A DNA stretch of 64,000 bases from Lama glama. Lineage: Eukaryota. Below the pieces are notes generated by a model. It had not been told where the DNA came from. It saw nothing but the letters and a program-made list of their open reading frames with translations, and searched no databases. Location of the stretch: positions 17,608,001-17,672,000 of the forward strand of contig CM052818.1 of NCBI GenBank assembly GCA_028534125.1. The letters run 5' to 3'. The position numbers and the translations under genes were made by a program. Below, one piece after another: positions 13,175 through 26,161 of this stretch (the stretch's first letter is position 1; each line of letters starts with the position of its first letter).

Positions 13175-13375
13175 TCTGACCGTGTTATTGCTCTGCTTAA
13201 AAGGTTTAAGCTGCTCAAGTTCCTTAAAATGAACTACAAGGCATCTCTGATCTGGCCCCTGCCTGTCTCTTCTCTCTCTTCTTTTAACTTGGCCACTCCA
13301 CCAACGTAAACTTTTAACACCAGCCACTCTTTCTCCTTGCTCGTCATCAAACTCACCAGACCTTTTCATTCCCCT
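13175..13375 (+). mobile_element. L2 fragment
   Basis: tctgaccgtgttattgctctgcttaaaa...caaggcatctctgatctggcccctgcctgtctct. Confidence 0.6.
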
Positions 13376-14523
13376 TGAGATTTCTTCTCATAGCTGAAAT
13401 CAATGCTTATTGCATTGTGTTTAAATTATACATTTCCAGCTCTCCAGCCAGATTTTGTCAAAAAATATTTCTAAATGAGAAGGGGCATCTGTTAAGTCAA
13501 GGAGAAGTCAAATGTTCCATCTTTGATACTCTATCTGGAATAACATAAAAGTGCATACTCTTTTTTTTTTTAATGTCTGAAAGTACCTTATAGAATTACT
13601 CATCATTTTTGACCCATATCACCTTGAGGAATATTGGAAGTAGTATCTGTTTCAGATGTGATCCTGAAAGATCACTATTTTCTGCTTTGTAAATTTTAAA
13701 ACAAGGTTGTAAAAGAGTAATAAACAATTTTAAAGTTTACAATAGGCTTTAGGAAAATTGATTCAAACATCAGTCTTCAGGGATGGCCTACGTGCCCATT
13801 TATATTGAACACTTTGAAAATCATTGTTTTGGATAACTGCTTTGCGGCTTTATGGAGGTGGCCAGCAGACTATCAACTTTCAAAGAAGGATGAATAGATA
13901 TTACAGTGATTAAGAATAAATATTACATTGATAAGATTAGACGCTCTTTTCCTCACTCTGGCAAAATGTAATAGAAACATCACAAATTTGAGAAATGAAA
14001 CAGCTTTTTGAAGTAGGAATAACTTATGGTTAACATTATGAATATAGACGCTTAACAGGAGTAAGCAAATGTGCAAATTGCCTTTTGTGATGATGCTCCA
14101 AAGTTGAAAGCCACTAGCTGCTAATCTTAACCAGCTACCTTTTCCCCATATGTTTGTGCTCTTGGGCATAAATTAAAACATTTGCACTGAGACTGGGTCA
14201 GAGAATGTGTAGCCTGAGTGGCCCCCCTGCCACTAGCCCCTTCTGTGCCCAAAGTGGATAGATAATCAGAATACACTCTTCCACCAAGTCTCAGAACCCT
14301 ACTCAACAATCTAAAAAACCACTATTCTTATACAGCAGTTGACAAAGAGAAAAACAAACTTGCTTTCTATTTCTCAGATTCCATGAATCTCTTGACCCGA
14401 AGTGTAAATCGTAAGCAGTTTCATCCTTTGGAATGAGCAAAGTGAAATAGCTTCTAATATGATGAAGAACTTGAGGCTTTGTATTTATTTATTTATTTTT
14501 AATTTGTGAAAGGTTAAGTTGGG

Positions 14524-14798
14524 TTTTTTTTTGTTTTTTGGGTTATTTTTAGTTTTTTTAGTTGAAGTATAGTCAGTTTATACTGTTGTGTCAGTATCTG
14601 GTGTACAGCATAATGCTTCAGTCATACATATACGTACATATATTCCTTTTCATATTCTTTTTCATTTTAGGTTACTACAAGATACTGAGTATAGCTCCCT
14701 GTGCTGTACAGAAAAAACTTGTTGTTTATTTATTTTATATATAGTAGTTAGTATCTGCAAATCCCGAGCTCCCAATTTATCCCTTCGCACCCCCTTTC
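14524..14798 (-). mobile_element. 5'-truncated lineage-type L1 3' end
   Basis: T-rich tail, then gttgaagtatagtcagtt...ctggtgtacagcataatg...gtatctgcaaatcccgagctcccaatttatcccttc; similar to 4717-5120. Confidence 0.88.
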
Positions 14799-15556
14799 AA
14801 ATGTTTGCCTAGATTCCTTTGAGCTTTCCAGCCTTTTTGTAATATCACTGCCTTTTATTTGTTCTGCCTTTATAACTTTTCCCCAGAACTTTGTTTTCAT
14901 TTATTATTCATCTTTTCCCTGACCCCAGCCCTCCAATGTCAGTAGAGCACAGAGTTAAGCTAACTCATCAATGTTCTCTTCAGTCATGCAGCCAGCAGTA
15001 AGCCAAGCCCAAACCAGTACACAAATCCCTTGGTTCCCAGTCTGCTTCTCAGGAAGGCAAAGTAGAGCAGAAAAATGAGGGAAGGAGGGTGGGAAATCCT
15101 CAGAAAGCCAGTAATAATCAGGATAAGGTTTGTCAGCAAAACCTACTAAACTTTTATATTAAACAACAAACAGTTCAATCTCCCATTCCCACTCTCAAAA
15201 AGGCTTTTTAGTGCATACTTTTTTGGTAGAAATTCAGAACTGGAATCTGAAGCTAGAAAAACTAACATCACTGACATCCTAATAATCTGGCCATTCATGA
15301 AGGCCAGCAGCGAAAATAAGGCTGAGAGGAGGAATGTAGACCAAGCTTAGGTCTCTCTATCCTCACTATAATTAACAAAGAAAGACTTAGCAATGGCTTT
15401 GGTCAGGATCCAGCCTGGAACTAACACTGGACCCACATTTCTTAGTACAATTAAATATCAAAAATATACCAGGGCACTGAAAAAATAAACTTTCTCCACA
15501 TCTTCCTATTTTTTTCTTTGATTTTTATATGGATTTTACATCACATGATTTTTACA

Positions 15557-16059
15557 TGCATATTGGTTTCTCTATTGCTATGTGACAAATAGGACACACT
15601 TACAGGCTTATCATCATTATTATCTCATGGTTTCTGTGGGTCAGGAGCCTAGGTCCTCTGCTCAGGCTCCCACAAGACTGCAGTTGCAGTGCATTCCTTT
15701 CTGGAATCTCAGCATCCTCTTTCAAGCTTACACAGTTGTTGGAAAAATTCAGTTCTGTTTGGTTGTAGGACTGAGGTGCTCAGCTCCGAGAGGCCACCTG
15801 CAGTTCCCTGACACGTGTTCCTCTCCACTAGCAGTTCACATTGTGGGAGGCAGGAGCTTGCTTCTTCTAGGCCAGCAGGAGAGTATCTCACTTCAGTCCC
15901 CTAAGACTGAGTCTTTGTAACATCATCTAATCTAGGATGTGACACATTTGTCATTTTATATTAGCTAGAAACCAGTCATGGGACCTGTCAACATTCAAGG
16001 GGAGGGGATTACCAGGAGGCAGAAATTATCAGAGATCACGCTAAGGTCTGTCTGCAACA
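15557..16059 (-). mobile_element. MLT1 (D/E-like) MaLR solo LTR
   Basis: tattatctcatggtttctgtgggtcaggag...gttgttggaaaaattcagttc...ggttgtaggactgagg...cattcaaggggaggggatta. Confidence 0.8.
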
Positions 16060-16119
16060 ATTTATATGCTATAAAAAGAAACAAACAAGATGATATGTGT
16101 TAATACTTAGATAGAACTT

Positions 16120-16340
16120 AATTGGTGCCAGTTACTTCTTTTCATCTAGTAACTTATTTAATTTTCACAACAATCTAGTAAGTGAGTGTTACTATTATTA
16201 TCCTTATTCTAGAGATGAGAAAACTGAGGTGGAGAGTTCAAGTGATTTGTCAAAAGCACTCAGCTGGTCCGAGGTAGAACAGGAATATGACTGCAAATAA
16301 TCTGGCTGCAAAGTTCATCTTCTTAACCCATTATACGTTG
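16120..16340 (-). mobile_element. MIR SINE
   Basis: ttcacaacaatct...tattattatccttattctagagatgagaaaactgagg...aagtgatttgtcaaaag. Confidence 0.8.
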
Positions 16341-16516
16341 CTCTATGATAATAGCATACTCTTTTATGGCACCCTCTAAATGCCTTACATATTTTAACTC
16401 ATTTCAGCCTCTGGTGATTGCACAATTTTAGTATGCATCTAATTCATCCCCTTTAATTTTCAGGCAAGCTGAAAGAGACCATAAAATTTAAGCTTGAATG
16501 TGATTGCTTTCCATGG

Positions 16517-16735
16517 AAGTAGTAGTAAATACTATTTATTGAGTGGTCATTTTGCTAAACAATCTATAAATATGATTTCATTTATCCTGTAACCTCTCTA
16601 GGAGGTAGATGTTTATTCCTACCCACATTTTGTGATGAGGACACTGAAATTAGAGATGTTTAATAGCCATGCTTTCTTAGGCTGAGGCTGAAACCCAGTT
16701 CCGTTCAACTCAGCAGCCTGGCTCACGGCAACTGT
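16517..16735 (-). mobile_element. MIR SINE (degenerate)
   Basis: tatttattgagtg...tttcatttatcct...attttgtgatgaggacactgaaattagaga. Confidence 0.6.
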
Positions 16736-18350
16736 GACTTGTAAGGCACTGTTATGCTTACACATTTTTATTTTTCAGCAAAATGTGCTGATTTGTTGGT
16801 TTTGTTTTTTGTGAGAAGAAGATAACAATTCTATCTTATCTTATCTGAAATCAAGGTCCTGTTGTCTGACTTTCACAATTGGGGAACTCCTGGATGACCA
16901 AGAAAGCATACGTGGAAACTTCTCTGGGTAGCTGCCTGCCGCACATTCTGCCAGAGCTTGCCTGTAGCTCCGAATGTCTTGCTTGCCAGTGTTATGCTCA
17001 GCTTTCTGAGCTGATTTCAGGTCATTTTCACAGTGAACGATCTGTCGGGTCAGGAAAGGCAGATCCTTACTCCCTTAGTGTGCCTGTCATCACGCTGATA
17101 TCCTGTGATTGGGAGAAGTGCTTCTAGACTCCCTAGAATATCATCTGGAGCTATTTTCTTCAGATTCTCTGTTATTTAGGAATATGTTGGTACAGGGTGG
17201 CTTCCTATAAATCTGTCAAAATTATGTTGACTGTCTCATTTTATGCCTTACCTTTTTTCCGTGAGCACCTGTCATCGATTCCATTCAGAATTCCATAGAG
17301 GTAAACACTGATTTAATTCAAGGTGTGGAGTAAATAGCGGATTGTTGCACTACATTAAATTAGTAAAATAGATATTGCATCAAAAGCTAGCATGATGTCT
17401 GCTTTCATTGGTACTGTTACTTAGATATTTGAATCATCCCTAGTTAGACAATTTCCATTTCTTTTCATTACACAGATGTTTAATGGAGATTGGGACTTTG
17501 TTTTATTCTTTCCCAAGTAGATGATGAATCTTGTCTGCCCTTGGAAAGAAGCACAGTGTAGATTCAAATGAGCTGCTAAGTTGATTTTTGTGTTTGTCTC
17601 ACCTTAGCCTTGACCAATTGTATAGCTTGCACTTTTAGTGGGGATTTTCTGTGCTCATGGGGTCTTCATATTAGGCTAGAAGCAGTTTGTCACTGTGGAG
17701 AAATCTTACAGCACAGGTAGAGGAAAGCTGTTAGCAGTTGCTCAATTAGGAGACGTTCACTGCTAACATAACATGATGTGGAGATACTCAGAGGGCCTCT
17801 ATTTAAATTTGTCACTTGCTTTATCACTAAAAAGACAAAAGCCTTCTTTAGTGACTTCCTTCCATTACATATAGAGTTTGATTTCTTTTGAAAATTCAAA
17901 TTCCCCCTTTGGAGGTGGGTAGGAAATAGCTCTTTAAGCTATACTCAGTCATTTACATTTTAGTATAAATTAATCTCAACCTCTCCAGAGGAGATTTTGG
18001 AAGTTAAAAAATATGAAGATGATATATGTCCAAATCTGTGCCTATGTGTGCGCATGTGTGTTCTATTAGGTATGTGTGTTGGGGGTAGGGGAACTAAGAA
18101 CGGATATATATTGCACAAAGAGGCAGGAACTCTGAGAACGAACTGTACTTTCCTAGCAGTTTACTAGAACTTGACATGGATAAATTTGATTATAATATTG
18201 TTTTACTTCCTGATTAACTACCTGAGTACTTATCTCGTATGGGAAGTATTACTTCCTGATTCACTTCCTCATTATTTATCAAACAATAATGAATCTGATG
18301 TTATATAGACACAGTTCTAAAATGACACGGATATCTTAATATCTTGAAAA

Positions 18351-18519
18351 TCTGATATTCAAAATGTGTTCCAAAGATTGGCAGCAGAGGGTTACATCAC
18401 CCTGGGAGCTGGTTAGAAATGCAGATTTTTCATTTCTATTCCAGAACTAGTGAATCAGAATCTGCAGTTTAACAAGACCCCAGAGTGAAGTGCAGCACAT
18501 TAAAGTTCAAGAAGCGCTG
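18351..18519 (+). mobile_element. MER5A-type hAT-Charlie DNA transposon
   Basis: catcaccctgggagctggttagaaatgcaga...gtgaatcagaatctgcagtttaacaagaccc...aaagttcaagaagcgctg. Confidence 0.82.
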
Positions 18520-20209
18520 GTCTAGCGTCCCAGGGCGGGGTGATTTCCCACAGCGTTGGCGCGTTGGGAACATCTTGCTTTGTTGGTTAGGAGTCAAATG
18601 GAAGCAGGTACTGACTACAAAGGGAAAAAAAGGGGCAACTAATGTTTACATCATGCCAATGAGAAAGGCCCAAGAAAATTTATAAACAGTTGACTCAAAA
18701 TGAAAAAAAAAAAGGCAGCTAGGCCACTTCACGTGTAGACAAGAATCCCTAAGAGTCTCCGTGTGTCCCAGCGCCATAGAATAATTACTATTCATAATAA
18801 TCAAACCCATGTCATAATTGAAAAAAAAAGGTTAAATTACATTCAGCATCCTTTGATTAAGAGCACAGGGAAGTGAGTAATGTGTTTTAGAATGGTTTTT
18901 AGCAAAATTTGGTTCATTTTGCTTTTTAATTGTTACATACAGTGATATGCTTCAATTCACATGTGCTTTAGGTATCAAAAACCTGTATTTCCAAAACAAA
19001 ATTGTTTGGGGAAGAGTTTGACATTTCAAAATAAAGCAACCTAGTACGTATTGTGGGAAATGATTTGGAGAGAATCCATTACACATATTTTACAATTTTA
19101 AAAATTTGCACGTGTTTGTGTACATAAGACTTACATGTGGTAGAGGCCTTCCTCTTTATTACACAGCATCAGGGGTCACTGATCATAAACTACTTGGTTA
19201 AATTCAGAGACATCATTTATAAGACAGCTGTGAATGTTGTTCTTGGGAGCTGTGTTGAACCCTGGCTTAGGGAGGGACGTACCATCATCTTTTCAGAGTT
19301 TAGGGTAGTTAAAGGTTTCAGCCCTGCCTTGCCTTCACTTATTTGATTGACCTGTGTGGTTTGCACTTTGGGACAGAAGAGTGGAGACTGCTGTGCCCTG
19401 CTGGCCCAGAAATTTCTGCTTGACAGTTAGACATCTTGGCATTGCTGTTTATAGAGGTCATCCCACTCTGCTGACTAGGCGGTCTTTTTGCAAAAGCAAT
19501 GCAGCAGCATTTTATAAAATCCCTGAAGTGGTGGTAATTTGGGCCAACCCAGGATCTGAAATAGGCAAAGGTTGTTTTCATTGTCCTTACTTATCCTCCG
19601 GTACCTTTTTTCCCTCCTGTGTGAAATCTTGTCTGCATCCCCATCACCCACTCCCCAAGCTCCCAGGCACTCAGTGTCCTCTGGCCCTCCCTAGTCTGCA
19701 GAGATAAACCCAGGGAATGGACATAAGCTAAGGCTAGGACGTGTACACTTTGGGGAGACTTAAAATTATATACCTTTGGGGAAAAAGTAATTTAGGGCAA
19801 TTCTCTCTGATTATGTGGTGCTTTGGGGAAGTACACACTTTACATTAAAAGGAAATAATAAGCTTCTCAACAACAAAGATTGCGTGAGATGCAAGGTGAA
19901 CAAAGAACCACGCCTTGCCTAGTAGGTACTTAGAAACTTTGCATAGTTGAAGTATTAATGTTCTGTTAAAAATAGGTTAGAGATCAGACAACTTATGGGT
20001 GAGACACTTATTCTTTAGAAGGTCTTTTTCTCTGTTTGTGAATTCATCTATAGTAGATTGCCTTGTGCTTTGCTTATGAATAACCACAACCTAGTTGAAA
20101 TGATGGCATTTTAGCTAATAATACTATAAAATCACTTCTTCCAACAACCTATGTCAAAATATCCTGATTAAATAATTCCCTTCTCATGAATACATACCAC
20201 TTAAATTTT

Positions 20210-21520
20210 CTCAGTGGTCAATAGCCACACTTCAGTGAGTCTCTTTTATGAGCTATCATAATAAATTTTAGTAATTGCTTCTGAGGGTTATGCACCTTTG
20301 TCTCTAAGTAGGAGGCATGAATTTCCATTTCTAACTGTCCACCCACCATGTTGACCCACTGACATTTCAAATGTACCGTGTTCACAAAAGAATTCTGCAT
20401 CTTGCTCCCAAATCTCTTTCTCTTTCTGGGTTTTCTATATTTTCTTAATACCACTTTTATCCTCTTGGTAACTCAAGCAAGACAAACAGGTAAATATAGT
20501 TGAAAAAATGAAAATAGAAAATGAGTGTTGTAATCAAAGAGTGAGTAAAAGTTGTGGGACAACCAGGAAGGGTTGGGCAAATCATTCCTGATACTATAAC
20601 ATAGTGTATTCGAAATATTCCACTCCATGTTAGTTTCTTGTCGCTGCCATAAAGATAGTGACTTAACACAAATGCATTATCTTACCATTCTAGAAGTGAG
20701 ACGTCTAAAATGGGTTTGTGAGGCTGCATTCCTTCCGGAAGCTCTAGCAAGGAATCTGTTGCCTTAAACAGTTTCTGGAAGCTACCTGCTCTCCTTGGGT
20801 CACAGCCCCTTCTTCACATCACTCGGACCTCTGCTTTCCTCATCACGTCATCTCTGACCTTGACTATCTCTCTTTCACTTGTGATTACCTTGAGCCCACC
20901 CAGACAACCCAGGATCATCTAGGATAATCTCCACAACTCAAGATTCTTAATTGAATCACATCTGCAAAGTCTGCTTTGCCACATAAGGTAACATGGTTAC
21001 ACATTCCAGGATTAAGAAGTGGACATCTTCAGATGGCCATTATTTAGTTTACCACTTACCATAAATCACCAGTCTGTCTGTCCAGCTACTGTCTTCCCCT
21101 CCACTCAGGTGAACTGAACACTTCATTAGTCCACCATGCTTCCTTCATATCTTTACTTATGCCGTTCTTGCTTTTGAGGATAAAATCCTTTCATCATCTG
21201 TACATTTCCAAGGCTTTCCCAGCAAAGTCAGTTATATCTACATCTAGAATCTCTCCCTGACCCTTGCTTGTAAGAAGTAATTTCCTCCTCCTCTGAAATT
21301 CCGTAATACTCATCTCTGCTTTTTATGACTCCTATACACAAATGATTTTAGTGCAAGGTGGAAAACAATACATCTTCTCCCCTTCCTGACTGTGAGGTCC
21401 TCAGGGACTTATTCTGCATCTCATTTATAGTTGCACATCATGCTCACCTCCACCCCACCTCCAGATCATTGCCCACTGTGGGTGCCCAGTAAATTTTTTC
21501 TTGAAAGGTTTAGTGAATTT
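20210..21520 (+). mobile_element. L2 fragments interrupted by an MLT1 LTR
   Basis: catttctaactgtcc...catttcaaatgtaccgtgttcacaaaagaattct (5' part); gactgtgaggtcctcagggac...gggtgcccagtaaatt (3' part). Confidence 0.55.
20625..21056 (-). mobile_element. MLT1B/C-like MaLR solo LTR
   Basis: ggctgcattccttccggaagctctag...gggtcacagccccttc...aatcacatctgcaaagtc...ataaggtaacat...ccaggattaagaagtggacatct. Confidence 0.85.
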
Positions 21521-23739
21521 CCAGAAATCACCCCATCATTTTGTCAGAGTCATGAGACCCGAGGGGCATGCGCTCCAACTCCCTAAATACTTTTTTTAAC
21601 TATCCAGCACAGTGCTGTCCATAGTTGAAATATAGGTTGTTTTCTTTCCTCTCCTTTTTTTCAGGTACATTGCTTGTTGAAAATATTATGAAAATTACTA
21701 GACTTCATTGCTTTTTTAAATATATAATTATATGTAAAAGATTTTATTTTCTCAGAAGAAAATTTATGACTCAGAAAAAGGGAAATAAAGTTTCAGCACT
21801 CCTATAATTACAAATGACAATGTTATTGAAATGCAAAATTTCAATTTTTAAAAAGTCAGGGAAGGTGTTGTTTTTTTAAAGCATTCATTTCACTTAGTTA
21901 TTCCTGCATATCTAATTGACAGAAATTACAAGTTACCTTTCTCCCACTTTTCTCCTCTACTGAGATCTTAAAAATGAGTTTCATGTCGACTTTACAGATT
22001 TGACAGATGTTACCACCCTCTTCAATCACTGCAAGGAATGTGTATCCTTAGCTATAAGAAATCCAAAGGTGCGAAGGAGATTGGAAAGAAAGATCATTTT
22101 CTCTCCCTTCTCCAGGTGTTTTCATGTCACCCATGAGTGTTCAGTCATTCCTTTGAGTTGGGTGAAATTATGAGAACTACACCTTAACATGTCGATATTT
22201 CACTCTCCTGCAGCATTGGATGTGAGGCACTGGTGGGACAGAATCCTGTTTTTCACACTTGGGTGATTTTTCCACGGTGCCATGAGCAGAGTGAAAGAAA
22301 ACTGCTAACCTGTGTACTAACTTCTAGACCCTCGCTCTCACCTTTTGCCTTACACAAAGCAGAGCACTCTATAGTTTGCCCATATCATCAAATGACTGTT
22401 TTGAATGAGAGTGAATGAGCATGACTGGTCCAGGGAGTCATTTTAATGGCTGTGGGGTTGCCTCTGGACTGCAGGTTGAGCACATTCTACCTTTGGTTCC
22501 TTGAAGTAGTTCCCCTCTCTGTGATGATTTCATGTGGCTTGACATGCCCGTAGCAGGTTGTGACCACGTGACCTCTGAGATGGCGGAATTTCCCCCCAAC
22601 TCTCAGCTGTGTGGTTTAAGCATACTCTGACTTTCAAGAGTCAAAGTGCACTGGATGAGATAAATGTTGAATAATCTGGTACTGTGCCAGCTGCCAGTTG
22701 TCTGTGGATGGAAGCTATTATTCTAGTGCTTTCCTAGAACATTCTAAAACTAAACCTCTTAGACAGTTTTTGTCTTTGTTATTGGTCGTATTGCTTTGAA
22801 CATATCTGAGACAAAGAAAGAAAGAAACTGCCTGCTGGATTCTGCCTCCACATAATAAAATTTTGAACTGTTGGGTTCTGAAATAAGAAAGCATGCTGCT
22901 GGCATCATCATCACACTGGAAAGGAAGTCTGGGCTCCAGCCACGCACCTCCATAGGCATTAATGAGAAGTGTCCCCTTACTAGGCTTCATTACTGCTTCC
23001 TGAGGGGCTCCTCTTATGAGAGAAAAGGCGGGAGTCCCAGTGTGATTCTGGAGAAGTGGTGGTTTATTGCCCACCCCTCATTACCCAGCTGCTATGTGTT
23101 GCTGAGGATGGTTCTCCCTGGGTTCAGGGCAGGAAATTAGATAAGACCATCTGATGGGCCTGTGACTTTCAAAGGATGACACGAGGCAGCAAATATCACA
23201 GCCAGTTCTTCTCAGAGCCCTCCAAGATAAGCAAATGTACCATTCACGTGAGTTAAGGACATAAGTTTAGATGTCCTATCAGAGGCATTTGGGGGCAAAA
23301 TTCAGAATCTTCGGGATTTGTATCTGCTATAATTGATCACCTATTATTTTTCTGTTTATTAAAAAGAACTTTCTCCAGATCTGTGTTTTTAAATCTATTT
23401 ATTTTCTGCATGTATTTGCTAAGTAGGCAAGAGACATTTACTTAGTACTTATTTATGACAATACTACCTTGATTGAGCTGGTCTGTCCAAACTTTGTTAT
23501 CACTGAGTTACCTGCAAGCCAGTAGAGAGAATTAGGAACCAACCCTCAGCTGTAAATTAATAAATGTGGACAATGGTGAAGCTTGCTACTTGTGCCAACA
23601 ATTGCCACCACTTAGATCCTTGCGTTCCACATCCAGGGCCCTTTGTGAATCAGGAATTAGGCATGATATGGTGAAAAAGATTATCACTGACGTTAAAAAT
23701 CCAATAACTAGTAAACTCATCCTCCATTTATTCCTTCCT

Positions 23740-24310
23740 GCTCCCCACCTCCCAGATTAACCCATTAGTAAGTTCCACCACACTGACTTTGAAAAAGTCC
23801 CTTCTACTCACCCCTACCGCTACCATCCTCAGGCAAGCCACTGTCACCTCCTGCCTGCACTGCAAAACCTTAACTCATTTCTCTGCTTCTCATCTAATCT
23901 GCAACCCCCATAACACATTCTTCATTGATCACTCAGGAGGATTTTTAAAATGTGTAAATAAAGTGCTGTTATTCAGACCTTCGATGATTTTCCATTACAC
24001 TTAGGATGAAGTCTCAGTCCCCTACCTAGCCTACAGCGCTCCCATCTGATCTCTCCTGCTTTCTCTCTTGCTCATTGACCATTCTTGGGTGCCACACTAT
24101 TTTCTGTCCTTCAAACACTACAAACACTTTCCAACCTCAGGGCCCTGGCATAATTGTTCCCTAGAACTTGCATGCTCTCCCCTGAGGTCACAAGTTGACT
24201 TCTTTTGGTTCTTCAAGTCCAAGAGCCTTTCCACCAACATCCAATATAAAGCACCCTCCACTTTACCCTGTTCTGTCACCCTTTGATTTGTGTTGTTTAT
24301 TTATTGCTTC
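23740..24310 (+). mobile_element. L2 (L2a-like) fragment
   Basis: ccgctaccatcctcaggcaagccactgtcacctcctgcctg...acctcagggccctggcataattgttccct. Confidence 0.7.
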
Positions 24311-24320
24311 ATTGGTTCAA

Positions 24321-24750
24321 TGGTTAAAAGAAAAGAGCAGCCCCAGAAATCTTGGAACTGGCCTAATCCACACAGTGAGGCCTCAGTGTCATTAGAAGCT
24401 GGCCTGGAGCTCACAGGTATATCACATTATTTGCAGTTGGACAGAAACAATCTCACAGAATACCAACATGAGGCAGATTGCTCTGAGACCAAGATCAAGT
24501 GAAACGGAACAGGACCACATTATTATTTTGTTTAAAAACAGTTGAAATCAAGGTCACTGTGCACCCCCACAAAACGCAAAACTGTCTTTTGGGTCAAATG
24601 AGTGACCACCCCTTATCTACCAGTCATAGCTCCAGCCTCGCTCTAGTCTGCTCTTGCTGTAGATGAGGTTTATTGAGATACCCAGATCATTTGTAGGATG
24701 ACCTCCACTTCCTGACAGCATCCAGTCCAGAACAAAGCCCAGCTTTCTTC
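24321..24750 (+). mobile_element. ERV1 LTR, MER67/MER31 group (5' part; cut by an L1 insertion and gap)
   Basis: gctggcctggagctcacag...aaacaatctcacagaataccaacat...agcctcgctctagtctg...cttcctgacagcatccagtccagaacaaagccc. Confidence 0.7.
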
Positions 24751-24755
24751 CTTTC

Positions 24756-25112
24756 TTTTTTTTTTTTAACATTTTCTATTGATTTATAATCATTTTACAA
24801 TGTTGTATCAAATTCCAGTGTACAGCACAATTTTTCAGTTATACATGAACACATATATATTCATTGACACACTTTTTTCTCTGTGAGCTACCGTAAGATT
24901 TTGTATATATTTCCCTGTGCTATACAGTATAATCTTGTTGATCTGTTCTACAATTTTGAAATCCCAGTCTATCCCTTCCCACCCTCCGCCCCCTTGGCAA
25001 CCACAAGTTTATATTCTATGTCTATGAGTCTATTTCTGTTTTGTATTTATGCTTTTTTTGTTTGTTTTTGTTTTTGTATTTTAGATTCTACATATAAGCG
25101 ATCTCATATGGT
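24756..25112 (-). mobile_element. Young camelid-type L1 3' end
   Basis: Poly-T, then aacattttctattgatttataatcattttacaatgttgtatcaaattccagtgtacagcaca...tagattctacatataagcgatctcatatggt. Confidence 0.9.
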
Positions 25113-25612
25113 NNNNNNNNNNNNNNNNNNNNNNNNNNNNNNNNNNNNNNNNNNNNNNNNNNNNNNNNNNNNNNNNNNNNNNNNNNNNNNNNNNNNNNNN
25201 NNNNNNNNNNNNNNNNNNNNNNNNNNNNNNNNNNNNNNNNNNNNNNNNNNNNNNNNNNNNNNNNNNNNNNNNNNNNNNNNNNNNNNNNNNNNNNNNNNNN
25301 NNNNNNNNNNNNNNNNNNNNNNNNNNNNNNNNNNNNNNNNNNNNNNNNNNNNNNNNNNNNNNNNNNNNNNNNNNNNNNNNNNNNNNNNNNNNNNNNNNNN
25401 NNNNNNNNNNNNNNNNNNNNNNNNNNNNNNNNNNNNNNNNNNNNNNNNNNNNNNNNNNNNNNNNNNNNNNNNNNNNNNNNNNNNNNNNNNNNNNNNNNNN
25501 NNNNNNNNNNNNNNNNNNNNNNNNNNNNNNNNNNNNNNNNNNNNNNNNNNNNNNNNNNNNNNNNNNNNNNNNNNNNNNNNNNNNNNNNNNNNNNNNNNNN
25601 NNNNNNNNNNNN
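25113..25612. other. Assembly gap (exactly 500 N, probably unsized)
   Basis: N run. Confidence 1.
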
Positions 25613-26161
25613 ATTAATCTCTGTCAAAACTCTGCTTGATGCTATGGGTGACTCAAAGGACAATAAGACACTTGCTGCCTCAAAAGTCCAGCTGAAGAAT
25701 CAGGAGAAACACAAATAAAACTAGAGCAGTATGGAGAGCCGAACTATTTGACCCTCTAGTCTCAATCAATGAATACATATTTGCTGAGCATCTACTCTAC
25801 ACTTCATGGTAGTTGGGAGAAAGGAGAGTTCAGTATGGGTTAAGTAGATGCACGGAGGTTATTCTGCTTTTGTTCCCTGAGTTTGTTTGAGTACTTCTAG
25901 TTATCCAGTTACAAAATAAACGATAACACAAAATCAAGTCAAATCAGATGGGCTACACATGCCATCTCACCAGCAGCTGCCTCTGAAGTGGTATCTAGGG
26001 CACGGAGGTATTTCGGAATATGAAGCCAGGTCCCAGCTTGTCTCAGAATCAGTCTAGGTGCTTGTTTCCTGTTCTGCATGTTCTCAGGACAACATATTGA
26101 TTTCTTAAAAGCCAGTTTTCATGCTTTATGAATAATAAGAGTAACACAAGATCTGTGAGAC

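Noticed and set aside
24883-25663. Long ORFs at 24883-25663, 52857-53497, 5077-5314 and 29515-29821
   Set aside because: Artefacts of translating through N gaps.
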